NCBI GenBank assembly: GCA_964003245.1
Contig: CAXFIU010000004.1
Location: 1 to 53,636, forward strand
Origin: an uncultured Candidatus Poseidoniales archaeon
GTDB taxonomy: Archaea; Thermoplasmatota; Poseidoniia; Poseidoniales; Thalassarchaeaceae
Direction of reading: 5' to 3'
Length of the DNA: 53,636 nucleotides
The notes under the pieces: generated by a model
What the model saw: the letters and a program-made list of their open reading frames with translations, nothing else
Databases searched by the model: none
What the model was told of the DNA's origin: nothing
Shown: positions 16,959 to 26,829 of the stretch, piece by piece
How the letters are laid out: every line of letters starts with the position of its first letter
Numbering within the stretch: the first letter of the stretch is position 1
Program-made: the position numbers and the translations under genes

Positions 16959-19736
16959 ATGTCTGAAGATGAAAAGAAGGAAATGGTTGGTTATCGACAA
17001 CAACCAGGAAAAATTTCTTTCTCCAGACCAGGTTCGGGAGGTAAGAATTCATTTAGTGAACCTAGAGATGAAAAAATGATTCCTGAAAGTCAAGGAGGTG
17101 AAAAAAAGCAACCCTGGGGAGATCATAGACATGATGAACTGATTACTGGGAGAATTGTAGGGAAACCTACATCTCTAGTTGATAGTAATTGGAAGGTGAC
17201 AGGAAGAGCAAAATATGGCGATGATATAAGATTGCCAAATGAGCTGATTGGCAAAATTGTTCGATCACCACATCATTATGCACGAATATTATCTATCGAT
17301 TTATCAGAGTCATTAAAATTGCCCGGAGTTGTTTCAATTGCTACTGGAGACGATGCAAAAAATAAATTTGGAGTTTTGCCTGTCACCAAAGATGAACATG
17401 CAATGGCTGTCGATAGAGTTAGACATATTGGAGATCTAATTGCTTGTGTAGCAGCGGAGGATGAAGCCACAGCATTAGAAGCAGTCAGATTGATGAAAAT
17501 TGAATATGAAATTCTAGATTCTATTCACGACATGAAAGATGGATTGAAAGACTCTAAAGATCCAATTCACGACAGAGGCGAATATCACATTGGAGAAGCA
17601 AATATACAGAAAAGGGTGTTTCAGGAATTTGGAAACATTAAATCCATGGAGAAGAATTCTATTGCCAGCCATAAAAAAAATTGGTTTTTCAATGGAGTAA
17701 ATCACGCTGCTACCGAACCCCATGCTGTTGTTGCTGATTGGGACCCTTCTGGAAGATTGACACTTTACACTCCGCAACAAGTACCACATTATGTCCACAG
17801 AGCATTGGCAGATGTGTTAGAAATTCCTATGCATCAAATAAATGTCCATCGGACTTTCGTAGGAGGGGGGTTTGGAGGAAAATCGGATCCATTCCCACAT
17901 GAAATGTGCGCATCGATATTGGCTCGGAAATCAGGGAGACCTGTTAGAATAACATTTGACAGAGAAGAAGTTTATTGGATAAATAGAGGTAGGCATCCAT
18001 CGCATATAGAGATGAATCTACATGCCGATAGCGAAGGAAGATTGTGTGGGATTGAAACAGATGCACTAATTGATGGGGGGGCTTTTGCATCTTTTGGTCA
18101 CGTCACCACATATTACAATGGAGTTCTACATACTGCTCCTTACGAAATTGGGGCATTTCACTACACTGGAGCAAGAGTTTGGACAAACAAACCTGCTAGT
18201 GGTGCCATGAGAGGGCATGGCGCAGTTAATTCTCGATGTGCTGTAGAAGTAGGTATAGATGATATCTCTGAACAATTACAAGTTGATCCAATATCTTTCA
18301 GGTTAGCCAATTTATTGCCACCTCATTCTGCAACAATTACTGGATTCAGAGTAACCAGTATAGGAATGAGAGAATGTTTAGAAAGAGTGATGGAAGAATC
18401 GGGATGGAAAGATAAATTCAGAAAAATGCCTCTAGGCCATGGAATTGGAATAGGTTGTGGATTCTTCATTTCTGGTAGTGGACTTCCGATACATTGGGAC
18501 CCGAACAAGTTTCCGCATGCAACCGTTCATCTGAAAATCGATATGGATGGCGGAGTAACAGTACACACAGGAGCTGCTGATATTGGCCAAGGTTCAGATA
18601 CTGTTGTAGCTCAGTCAGTAGCTGAGGTTCTAGGATTACCATTGGATATGATTAGAGTGAAATCTAGAGAAACAGACACTTCTCCAGTTGATTTAGGTTC
18701 TTATTCATCAAGAGTTACATTCATGAATGCAAATGCCGCAATTTCTGCTGCTATGGAAATCAGGCAAGATTTACTGCAGGCAACTTCCGACATTACCAAA
18801 GCACCAATTGGAAAATTAGTAATTGGGGATCGTAGAATTTTTAGAAAAGACGACCCTGCGATCGGAGTTTCTTATCTAGAAGCTTTACATAAGGCACAGG
18901 AAGAAAGAGGAGCCTTAGTTGCCTCAGGAGCCTATAGGACTCCGCCAATGGGTAGAGCGCACAAAGGTGCAGCCGCTGGTTTAGCACCTGCATATTCATT
19001 TTCAGCTTATGTAGCAGAAGTAAAAGTTGATGTTGAAACAGGTCAAACAAAAGTAGAGAAAGTTTGGGCAGCTCATGATTGTGGCAAGGCACTTAATCCA
19101 CTTGCAGTCAAAGGGCAGATAATAGGTTCATGCCACATGGGAATGGGGCAAGTCCTCTCTGAAGAAATGAGATATGGTAGAACTGGAAATCTAATGAATA
19201 CAGATTTACTAGACTATAAGATACCTAGTGTACATGAAATGCCACACGTCACACCTATCATTGTGGAATCAAATGACCCAGAAGGACCATTTGGTGCTAA
19301 AGAAGCCGGAGAAGGTCCATTATTACCTATTTTGCCGGCAGTATGTAATGCAGTTTATGACGCAATTGGAGTGAGAACGAATGAATTACCAATCACTCCA
19401 GATAGGTTATACAAAAATATAGAGAGAAAATGTAGAAAATTAAAGATTGATGATCCTTGTGATTTACCTGTACCTACTTTAAAACATTCAAAATTACAAG
19501 AAGTACTTGACAAAAGAGCAAAAGAACACACAATAAGAGATAAGGAAAGGAGATTGTCATCTAAAATTGAGCCATATCATAATGGTGCATTATTTGGTAT
19601 GGATCCTACAATCCCTCCAGATGAAGTTGATGAAAGTTGGGAAGTAACAGTTATCCCTTCTGAAGAATACTTAGAAAATCCAAGATTGGCAGGAAGTGCG
19701 TGGATTCATACTGAAAGAAGAAAAAGGGAGGCATGA
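16959..19736 (+). CDS. Xanthine-dehydrogenase-family Mo subunit, 4-hydroxybenzoyl-CoA reductase alpha (HcrA)-like
   Basis: KVTGRAKY, FGVLPV, QVPHYVH, GGGFGG, GAMRGHG, PHATVHLKIDMDGG, TGAADIGQGS, GSYSSRVTFM, GKALNPLAV and GPFGAKEAGEG. These match the Thauera HcrA motifs as I recall them. Confidence 0.85.
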   Translation: MSEDEKKEMVGYRQQPGKISFSRPGSGGKNSFSEPRDEKMIPESQGGEKKQPWGDHRHDELITGRIVGKPTSLVDSNWKVTGRAKYGDDIRLPNELIGKIVRSPHHYARILSIDLSESLKLPGVVSIATGDDAKNKFGVLPVTKDEHAMAVDRVRHIGDLIACVAAEDEATALEAVRLMKIEYEILDSIHDMKDGLKDSKDPIHDRGEYHIGEANIQKRVFQEFGNIKSMEKNSIASHKKNWFFNGVNHAATEPHAVVADWDPSGRLTLYTPQQVPHYVHRALADVLEIPMHQINVHRTFVGGGFGGKSDPFPHEMCASILARKSGRPVRITFDREEVYWINRGRHPSHIEMNLHADSEGRLCGIETDALIDGGAFASFGHVTTYYNGVLHTAPYEIGAFHYTGARVWTNKPASGAMRGHGAVNSRCAVEVGIDDISEQLQVDPISFRLANLLPPHSATITGFRVTSIGMRECLERVMEESGWKDKFRKMPLGHGIGIGCGFFISGSGLPIHWDPNKFPHATVHLKIDMDGGVTVHTGAADIGQGSDTVVAQSVAEVLGLPLDMIRVKSRETDTSPVDLGSYSSRVTFMNANAAISAAMEIRQDLLQATSDITKAPIGKLVIGDRRIFRKDDPAIGVSYLEALHKAQEERGALVASGAYRTPPMGRAHKGAAAGLAPAYSFSAYVAEVKVDVETGQTKVEKVWAAHDCGKALNPLAVKGQIIGSCHMGMGQVLSEEMRYGRTGNLMNTDLLDYKIPSVHEMPHVTPIIVESNDPEGPFGAKEAGEGPLLPILPAVCNAVYDAIGVRTNELPITPDRLYKNIERKCRKLKIDDPCDLPVPTLKHSKLQEVLDKRAKEHTIRDKERRLSSKIEPYHNGALFGMDPTIPPDEVDESWEVTVIPSEEYLENPRLAGSAWIHTERRKREA

Positions 19737-20719
19737 AAATGAAAATGCCTCCATTCAAACTTCATTCTCCGACCACTGTTGATGAAGCAATAGAAATTGC
19801 TCAGAGCATACAATCAAAACAAGAAGATTTTGATTGGATTTCAGGCGGGACTGATTTAATTCCAAATTATAAGTGGCATCTTAATCCGAAAAAGAATGTT
19901 ATTTCTTTGGCAAACATCTCACAATTAACTGAACTTACAGAAACCAGTATTGGCGCGATGGTTAGACTACAAGATTTGGTAGATTCAGAGTTTACTCATC
20001 CGGTACTAGCAAAATCTGCTAGTTCTATAGCTAGCATAATGATTAGAAGATCGGGAACAGTTGGAGGAAACATTTGTCTTGATACAAGGTGCTACTGGTA
20101 TAACCAAACTGAAGAGTGGAGAGAAACAATAGATTGGTGTCATAAATGTGATTGCGGCACAGGTGCGGACTGCAGAGTAATACCAAATCAGAATACATTA
20201 TGTGTAGCTACATATCAAGCAGATTTAGCACCCGTTCTGATGTGTATGGAGGCTAAAGTGCACCTTATTTCAACTTCCGGAAAAAGAGAAATGGAACTAA
20301 GTGATTTTTTTGAACTAGATGGAATGAAAAAAAATAAACTATTACCTGGTGAATTATTGACTCATATTACTATACCTAAAGATATTTCAGATTGGTCAGG
20401 AGACTACCAGAAATTACGTCAAAGAGAATCGTGGGACTTTCCAGAAGCTGGTGTTGCCGTGCTCTGGAAAAAGAAAAAGGGGAAATTAGAAAAATTAAGA
20501 ATTGCCACTACTGGCCTAGAATCTATCCCAGGATATCATGAAGACCTGGCTATGGAATTAGTAGAAAACTGGGATGGTGAAAGAAGTATCAAACTTCTTT
20601 CGGAAAAAATTAGAAAGGCAGTTAAACCAGTTCCAAATACATGGTATACACCATCATATAGAAGAAAAATGGTGAAGGTATTAACAAAGAGAGCCTGTAA
20701 GGAGTTAATGAGTGAGTAA
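19733..20719 (+). CDS. FAD-binding medium subunit with [4Fe-4S] insertion (HcrB-like)
   Basis: SGGTDLIPN and GTVGGNIC. Cys-rich insert DTRCYWYNQTEEWR...CHKCDCGTGADC...CVATYQADLAP, and KLRQRESWDFP. Confidence 0.87.
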   Translation: MKMKMPPFKLHSPTTVDEAIEIAQSIQSKQEDFDWISGGTDLIPNYKWHLNPKKNVISLANISQLTELTETSIGAMVRLQDLVDSEFTHPVLAKSASSIASIMIRRSGTVGGNICLDTRCYWYNQTEEWRETIDWCHKCDCGTGADCRVIPNQNTLCVATYQADLAPVLMCMEAKVHLISTSGKREMELSDFFELDGMKKNKLLPGELLTHITIPKDISDWSGDYQKLRQRESWDFPEAGVAVLWKKKKGKLEKLRIATTGLESIPGYHEDLAMELVENWDGERSIKLLSEKIRKAVKPVPNTWYTPSYRRKMVKVLTKRACKELMSE

Positions 20720-20720
20720 T

Positions 20721-21674
20721 ATGAACAAACTTATCTGTATCGTCGTCAGTTTGTTTGTAATGACAAATTTCGTCATAATTAGTTCTGCACAAGAACAACC
20801 AGAATTAGGAAATTGGGAATTGGGAATAAAATATATTGGAGATGATGATAGCAACCCATTTCTAATCAATGAAGATGGAGAAAGAGTAATTGAGTTCTAT
20901 GTTCATAACACTCAAATGTTTGAGATTGAAGTTAGTTTCACATATGAAGTGCCTTTTGACGGAGTAGAAGATGGACCTGAATCTGAAAAAATACAAGCAG
21001 GAGAAAATGAAACCTTTTCTCTAGTTATAGAAGATATTGATGTTTATAATTTTGCAGCTAATTCAGAAGAGGAAATGAAAATTACTGCGAGTTTGGTTAC
21101 AAGAGCAGGAGTTCAAGTCCTAATACCTGAGAATCAAGAAGCAATGGCAGACTTGAAAATACCAACTATATACTCAATTTCCGTAGATATAGATGACCCA
21201 GTTGGACCTATGAATGCTGGCACAGACATGATATTGAGAGTTACTGTAACAAACAATGGTAATATTAAAGATAAAGTTGGTGAAATTGATTTATCTGATA
21301 ATTGCCCTCTTATGACTTTGGATAATGGGTTAGACAAATTACTAATTACCGATCTAGAAAAAGATAATTCTGCTAATGCAGATCTGAAAATTACTGCATC
21401 ACAGAGTCATCCTAGAAAGAATTGTAAATTAGAAATTACTGTTCATTCAAATGGTGCAATGAATGCTGGCTCCTCGAAGATTTCAGAAGATGAGACATCA
21501 GTAACTGTTGAACCACCTCTCTCGAAGCCGGCAGATAACGAGGAAAATTCGGATGAAGAAGAAAGCATAACCGAAGTAGTTGATACAAACCTTCCATCGT
21601 CAGGATTAATGGCAATTATGCTTTCAACCTGTTTAGCACTATTTTACATTAATAATAATCATAGAAGATGTTAA
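20721..21674 (+). CDS. Secreted/cell-surface Ig-like (CARDB-like) protein with C-terminal membrane anchor
   Basis: Signal peptide, beta-rich VTVTNNGN motif, acidic linker, then LPSSG, hydrophobic helix and basic tail HRR. Confidence 0.65.
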   Translation: MNKLICIVVSLFVMTNFVIISSAQEQPELGNWELGIKYIGDDDSNPFLINEDGERVIEFYVHNTQMFEIEVSFTYEVPFDGVEDGPESEKIQAGENETFSLVIEDIDVYNFAANSEEEMKITASLVTRAGVQVLIPENQEAMADLKIPTIYSISVDIDDPVGPMNAGTDMILRVTVTNNGNIKDKVGEIDLSDNCPLMTLDNGLDKLLITDLEKDNSANADLKITASQSHPRKNCKLEITVHSNGAMNAGSSKISEDETSVTVEPPLSKPADNEENSDEEESITEVVDTNLPSSGLMAIMLSTCLALFYINNNHRRC

Positions 21675-21828
21675 TTTATCTAAAAAAAAAGGTTACTGAG
21701 AGGGTGTTAAAAAAACACCTATTGACCGAATTAAATCTAATCTACCTGAACTAATAGCAGCAACATATAACTGCGATTCATCGCTGGCTTGAACAGTTGT
21801 AAGCCTTGGCTATGTTCTATATCAAAAA

Positions 21829-23469
21829 ATGGATTTGATTATTTTGACTGAAGAAGGAGATAATAGGTTTGATTTTGATTTCAATACCATAGTTATTGGT
21901 TCAATAGCGATAACAGTAGTTTTGCTTCTACTCGCACCCATGTTGATGGTTATAGGAAAAGATACCTCATACTCAGCATATGAAAAAGACAGTTTGGCAC
22001 AACTCAGTGAAATGAGATGTGACCTTGGAGATAATCTAGAGGGATGTACCGACGATAGCAACGACTTGGGTTATTTTACTGCTAATACTATGTCTACTCC
22101 GATGTTAGTAAATGATTGGAAAGATCCACACAGAACTATGTTAGTAATTGTGTCTCCAGAAAAACCAATTGATGAAACCGCCGCTGATGCAATTTATGAC
22201 TTTGTTACTGAAAAAGGTGGGAAAGTAATAGTGGCTGCAGATAATACAAATGCAAATAGACTAGCAGCAAAATTTGGCATATCATATTTCGATAAGCCTC
22301 TTTTGGATCAGAATCAACATTGGTTAGAATATAATGAGGATGATACAGTAAAAGACCCTGTGTGGCAGAATGTTTGGAGCGTTGCATCTGTTGTGGATGA
22401 TGTTAACGAAATGGCAGCAGGTGCAGCCAGAAAGGGTTGCTCAGATTTCCAGATTTCTAATAATGATGTCTCTCAATCATGTAGGATTCCAGTCATGTTT
22501 AGATCACCTACTGGAATAAGATTTGAACCTACAGCAGAAGATCTCCCTCAAAGTAATTCAGACAAACAAAGAGATGTTAATATCTTAGCTACTGCTTCGT
22601 CCTCTGCTTTTATCGATATTATTGGTAACGGTGATTCCAGCGATGCAAGAAACCCTGCACCGGGAGACTTGGCTCTAATGGTTAGAATTGACTATCCAGG
22701 AATTTCAGTCTATGACAAAGTAAGAGGTAGTGGAGGGTTCGGAGGTTTAGAAGAAATTGAGGCCACTGGGAGTATTGTATTTGTTTCAGATGATGAAGCC
22801 TTCTCAAATAAATTGTGGGATTTTGATACTGCAGCACTTGAAGGCATGAGAAGTTCTTGTGAAGGAATAGTAGAGTCGAAATGTTGGATGAATGAAATTA
22901 ATGACAATAATGACTGGAATGGCAATAGTGTTTACTTCCAAATGTTAGTTCACTCAATGATGGAGTTTGATAATACTCAACTATCTAGTCAAATAAGACA
23001 AGATAATTCTAATTTCCGCATAGTGTTTGATGAAAGTAGACACGTGACAGGAACTATCTCTGCCCCATTCGTAGCTGGAATGTCAACAGTGGTGTTACTT
23101 ACCTCGAATACTTTCTTGAAATGGCTAGTTGTTCTAAACGTAGGTTTACTACTACTTGTTTCAATGATGGTAATACCTGAAAAAGAAAACTGGAGACATA
23201 TTTTCGACTTAACTAGATTTAATCAAAGGCCTAAAAAATTAGATCCAAGTACCTACAGGCTTAGAGTTAAACAGTCACTATTTACTAAAGTTAGAGTACA
23301 TCATGACCTGACTAGAGACCAAATGGCTTCAAAACCCCCAGCAGAGGTTCAAGCAATGATAGGCGACCCTCGGCTGGTAGAACTGGCTTACAGCCAATCA
23401 CGTACATACTCACCCCAAGAACTAAGGCAACTTATGGTAGCAATAAGGAAATGGGGTAAGACAAATTAG
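21829..23469 (+). CDS. Membrane protein with DUF4350-like extracellular domain
   Basis: N-terminal TM, GGKVIVAAD, GSIVFVSDDEAFSN, IVFDESRH and a second TM. First gene of the MoxR operon. Confidence 0.65.
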   Translation: MDLIILTEEGDNRFDFDFNTIVIGSIAITVVLLLLAPMLMVIGKDTSYSAYEKDSLAQLSEMRCDLGDNLEGCTDDSNDLGYFTANTMSTPMLVNDWKDPHRTMLVIVSPEKPIDETAADAIYDFVTEKGGKVIVAADNTNANRLAAKFGISYFDKPLLDQNQHWLEYNEDDTVKDPVWQNVWSVASVVDDVNEMAAGAARKGCSDFQISNNDVSQSCRIPVMFRSPTGIRFEPTAEDLPQSNSDKQRDVNILATASSSAFIDIIGNGDSSDARNPAPGDLALMVRIDYPGISVYDKVRGSGGFGGLEEIEATGSIVFVSDDEAFSNKLWDFDTAALEGMRSSCEGIVESKCWMNEINDNNDWNGNSVYFQMLVHSMMEFDNTQLSSQIRQDNSNFRIVFDESRHVTGTISAPFVAGMSTVVLLTSNTFLKWLVVLNVGLLLLVSMMVIPEKENWRHIFDLTRFNQRPKKLDPSTYRLRVKQSLFTKVRVHHDLTRDQMASKPPAEVQAMIGDPRLVELAYSQSRTYSPQELRQLMVAIRKWGKTN

Positions 23470-23488
23470 AAAATTGGAGAGAAATAAA

Positions 23489-24544
23489 ATGAATGCAACA
23501 CCACCAGCAGAAAAACCAGCAGAACCGCAAGCAGACGCGGTCAATCAGGGTTATGCAAAGAAAGCCGAAAGCGTTCGTGGTTCTAAGAAGATGAGTGAAA
23601 AACTCGAAGCTGTAGGAGCTATTGCAGAAGCAATTAGCCTAGAGGTTCAGAAAGTAATTATCGGAAAAAGCCACGTAATTGACAATGTTATGGTTAATAT
23701 CTTGTCAAATGGGAATCTTCTGTTCGAAGATTATCCAGGACTTGCAAAAACACTGATGACCAACACTTTCGCTGATGCGCTTGGATGTGACTTCAAGCGT
23801 GTTCAGTTTACACCTGATTTGCTACCAGCAGATATTACAGGAACGAATATCTATGATGCAAAGAAAGGAGAGTTTAGTTTCAAACCAGGACCTATCTTCT
23901 GTAACCTTCTGCTATCAGATGAGATTAACAGAGCACCTCCAAAAACACAAGCAGCTTTGCTAGAAGCTATGCAGGAAAAGCAGGTAACCATAGGTGTAAT
24001 TACACATAAATTACCTTCACCTTTCCTTACAATGGCAACGCAAAATCCAGTTGAGCAAGAAGGTACATATCCACTTCCTGAAGCTCAATTAGACCGTTTC
24101 ATGTTTAAGATGTCAGTAGGTTATCCAGATAGAGCAGATGAGGACGAGATCCTTAGAAGACGTATTGAGAGAAAGAAAGATGCTGTAGAAGTTGATGTAA
24201 TTACAGATCCAGCAAGAGTTGTTGCTATGCAGCAAGCTATTGAAGAAGTGTATGTAGATCCAGCAGTAAGGATGTACATGGTAGAAATTGTATCAAGAAC
24301 AAGAGAAGACCCACGTGTACTAGTTGGTTCTTCACCTAGAGGTTCACAAGCATTACTGAAAACAAGTCGTGCTGCTGCTGCTATGAGAGGCCGTGACTTC
24401 GTCACTCCTGATGATGTGAAAGCAGTTGCTACTTTGGCTGTATCACATAGACTAATTTTGAAACCTGAACACCAAATTAAAGGATTAGAAACAGACCAAG
24501 TAATTTCAGACATTCTTAGACAAGTACCAGTTCCAACTGTTTGA
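23489..24544 (+). CDS. moxR: MoxR family AAA+ ATPase
   Basis: EDYPGLAKT (Walker A), RVQFTPDLLPADITG, DEINRAPPKTQAALLEAMQE and TQNPVEQEGTYPLPEAQLDRF. Confidence 0.95.
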   Translation: MNATPPAEKPAEPQADAVNQGYAKKAESVRGSKKMSEKLEAVGAIAEAISLEVQKVIIGKSHVIDNVMVNILSNGNLLFEDYPGLAKTLMTNTFADALGCDFKRVQFTPDLLPADITGTNIYDAKKGEFSFKPGPIFCNLLLSDEINRAPPKTQAALLEAMQEKQVTIGVITHKLPSPFLTMATQNPVEQEGTYPLPEAQLDRFMFKMSVGYPDRADEDEILRRRIERKKDAVEVDVITDPARVVAMQQAIEEVYVDPAVRMYMVEIVSRTREDPRVLVGSSPRGSQALLKTSRAAAAMRGRDFVTPDDVKAVATLAVSHRLILKPEHQIKGLETDQVISDILRQVPVPTV

Positions 24545-24576
24545 TTTTTTCTGACTAACTAATAGGAGGTTTGCTT

Positions 24577-25896
24577 ATGGCATGGAGTAGAAAATCAGCG
24601 ATGTTTGCTTCGCTAGCGATTGCTCTATACCTTCTAGGACTAGTTTTGAGAAATCAACAATTAGTAACAGTAGCTGTAGTTCTTTTATCATTCCTTACAT
24701 GGGCTGCTTTCAGAACTACCAACGCAGATGTTTCGTCATCAGGAAGAAGATTAGATGATGACAATGCTACAGGTGGAATAGCTTTACAAAATCTTGTTGC
24801 CCTAAGAAAACTATCTTCTGCTCGTGTTTTTGAAGATGGTGAAATAGATGTTTCTATAAGAATCCAGAACAAATCAAATCTCTCCAAAGTTCTGGAAGTT
24901 AGAGACCGAGTACCTGAAGTAATGAGAATAAAGAAAGGAGCAAATTATGTCCTAATGGAATTAGGACCACAAAGAGAAACCGAGATTGCATATACTATTG
25001 AAGCGCCTCTGAGGGGTTTCTATACAATAGGACCTGTATGTATAAGAATTCAAGATACATTTGGCCTATTCCATAATGAAAGAGAGATTCATCTGTACGA
25101 TGATTTCTTAGTATTTCCAAAAATGGAAGATATCAAAGATGCATTAATTAAAAGTAGAGTCCCTAAGATTTTCACTGGAGCTGTAAATATTAGAAATCCT
25201 GGCGAAGGTTCAAATTTCTATAACCTCAGAGAATATGTCCCAGGCGATGCAATGAAGAAAGTTAATTGGAAAGCTACGGCAAGATCCGGTGGGAAATTAA
25301 TGGTTAATGAGTATGAAAGAGATGCTGTTAGTGACATAATTTTGTTAGTAGATAGCAGATCTGTATCCGAAACAGGACCTGTTAGTAGGAACTCTCTCGT
25401 TTACAGCACTAGAGCTGCTGCGAGCCTGTCTCAATACTTCCTATCAAGAAGAGATTCGGTAGGTGTAGTAGTTTATGGAGATGAGATTGTTTCCGTGGAC
25501 AGAGATACTGGCAAAAAACAACTATATGTCATCTTAACTAAATTGGCTGGAGCAATGGCAAAAGGAAACACTCCATTGAAAGTAGTTACAAATAGAATTT
25601 TACCTCACATTAATAGAGGAAGTCCGATTATCATATTGAGTCCATTGGAAGATGACCCTACTATAATTGATGCAGTTAGAGATTTGAGGTCTAGAAACTT
25701 CGATGTGACTATACTTTCTCCAAGTAGTTTGGAATTTGAGTTTGATGCAAGAAGACTAGATAGAACTGGATATGAATTACTAAAAACAGAAAGAGACATT
25801 CTAATGAGTGAATTAAGAGGATTAGGAGCTAATGTAATGGATTGGGAACCAGATATGCTACTGAATACTGCTCTTTCAGGCGCAAGAGGGTTCTGA
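24577..25896 (+). CDS. DUF58 family protein (MoxR partner)
   Basis: LREYVPGDAMKKVNWKATAR...LMVNEYE and N-terminal TMs. SD-like AGGAGGT lies just upstream of ATG 24577. Confidence 0.9.
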   Translation: MAWSRKSAMFASLAIALYLLGLVLRNQQLVTVAVVLLSFLTWAAFRTTNADVSSSGRRLDDDNATGGIALQNLVALRKLSSARVFEDGEIDVSIRIQNKSNLSKVLEVRDRVPEVMRIKKGANYVLMELGPQRETEIAYTIEAPLRGFYTIGPVCIRIQDTFGLFHNEREIHLYDDFLVFPKMEDIKDALIKSRVPKIFTGAVNIRNPGEGSNFYNLREYVPGDAMKKVNWKATARSGGKLMVNEYERDAVSDIILLVDSRSVSETGPVSRNSLVYSTRAAASLSQYFLSRRDSVGVVVYGDEIVSVDRDTGKKQLYVILTKLAGAMAKGNTPLKVVTNRILPHINRGSPIIILSPLEDDPTIIDAVRDLRSRNFDVTILSPSSLEFEFDARRLDRTGYELLKTERDILMSELRGLGANVMDWEPDMLLNTALSGARGF

Positions 25897-25905
25897 GGTG
25901 ATTTA

Positions 25906-26829
25906 ATGGTAGAGAAAAAATCAGATACTGCTCACCTATACGATGGAAAAACAATAAGATCTTCCGCTCCTAGTCGTAAGAAAGCTGCTGGAAGAATGAA
26001 AGGCAGTACTGAGATTCCTAAGGATGCCATTCCTGAAGTTCATGTGCCATCGGTAATTGAATCATTCTTTGGCGGTCCAATAGTAACGAAAACTAAATTC
26101 CTACCACCAGATAGAGTTGTTCAGACTTTGCAGATGTCTGCAGCTATCACACTAACTTTACTTTCCATTGTTACATTCACAGTAACTCCAGTATCTGGAA
26201 CTGCTTGGTTTTGGATAAGTAATACTATTGACATGCCATCAATTGGTGCATTAATACATCTAAGTTTGATTGCAATAGGTTTCATTGCGGGTATGTATGG
26301 AATATTCCAAAGGGAACAACGTGCTATTTTAATATCATATGTTATTCTAATTTTAGTCACAATAAGATTTGCTGGTAGTAAGGTAGAATTTGGAATAGAT
26401 TTGTTACCTGATGGCGAAATATCACAAAAATTGTTGTTAATAGCATATGCTCTTTTCCTTGTAATGTACATTGAACTCACAAGTGGAATAATTAGATTCT
26501 CAATGCTTGATAAGTCAATTAGGACTGGAGAAGTTTATGTTATGAATGTAAAGAAAATAACAAGGCAATATTATAGATCCCTAATGATTACACCATTAAT
26601 TGCAGGATTTGTAGCTTTAATTACTCTAATGATTAATCTAATTATTCCATCAATAGTTGGACTCTTAGGAAGTGATGCTGCTGCTGCAAGATTAGCAGAA
26701 AGTGTTGAACTGACTTCCGTCTATGGTGTTGCACTTGGTACTGCTGTTGTGTTCATGGTTGTAGCATCTGCGTTTGCAGTTAATTTACCAGTTAGACTTG
26801 CACAAATGAGAGAGAACAGTAGTAAATAA
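25906..26829 (+). CDS. Polytopic membrane protein, last gene of the MoxR operon
   Basis: About 6 hydrophobic segments. GAGGTGA SD-like sequence lies upstream. Confidence 0.75.
   Translation: MVEKKSDTAHLYDGKTIRSSAPSRKKAAGRMKGSTEIPKDAIPEVHVPSVIESFFGGPIVTKTKFLPPDRVVQTLQMSAAITLTLLSIVTFTVTPVSGTAWFWISNTIDMPSIGALIHLSLIAIGFIAGMYGIFQREQRAILISYVILILVTIRFAGSKVEFGIDLLPDGEISQKLLLIAYALFLVMYIELTSGIIRFSMLDKSIRTGEVYVMNVKKITRQYYRSLMITPLIAGFVALITLMINLIIPSIVGLLGSDAAAARLAESVELTSVYGVALGTAVVFMVVASAFAVNLPVRLAQMRENSSK

Noticed and set aside
16959-19736. Aerobic CO dehydrogenase (CoxL)
   Set aside because: The active-site loop is GAMRGHG, not AYxCSFR or AYRGAGR. Gene order and the FAD-subunit Fe-S insert fit Hcr-like enzymes.
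21703-21719. GGTGTT-AAAAA-AACACC hairpin as a terminator
   Set aside because: A six-bp stem in AT-rich DNA could easily arise by chance.
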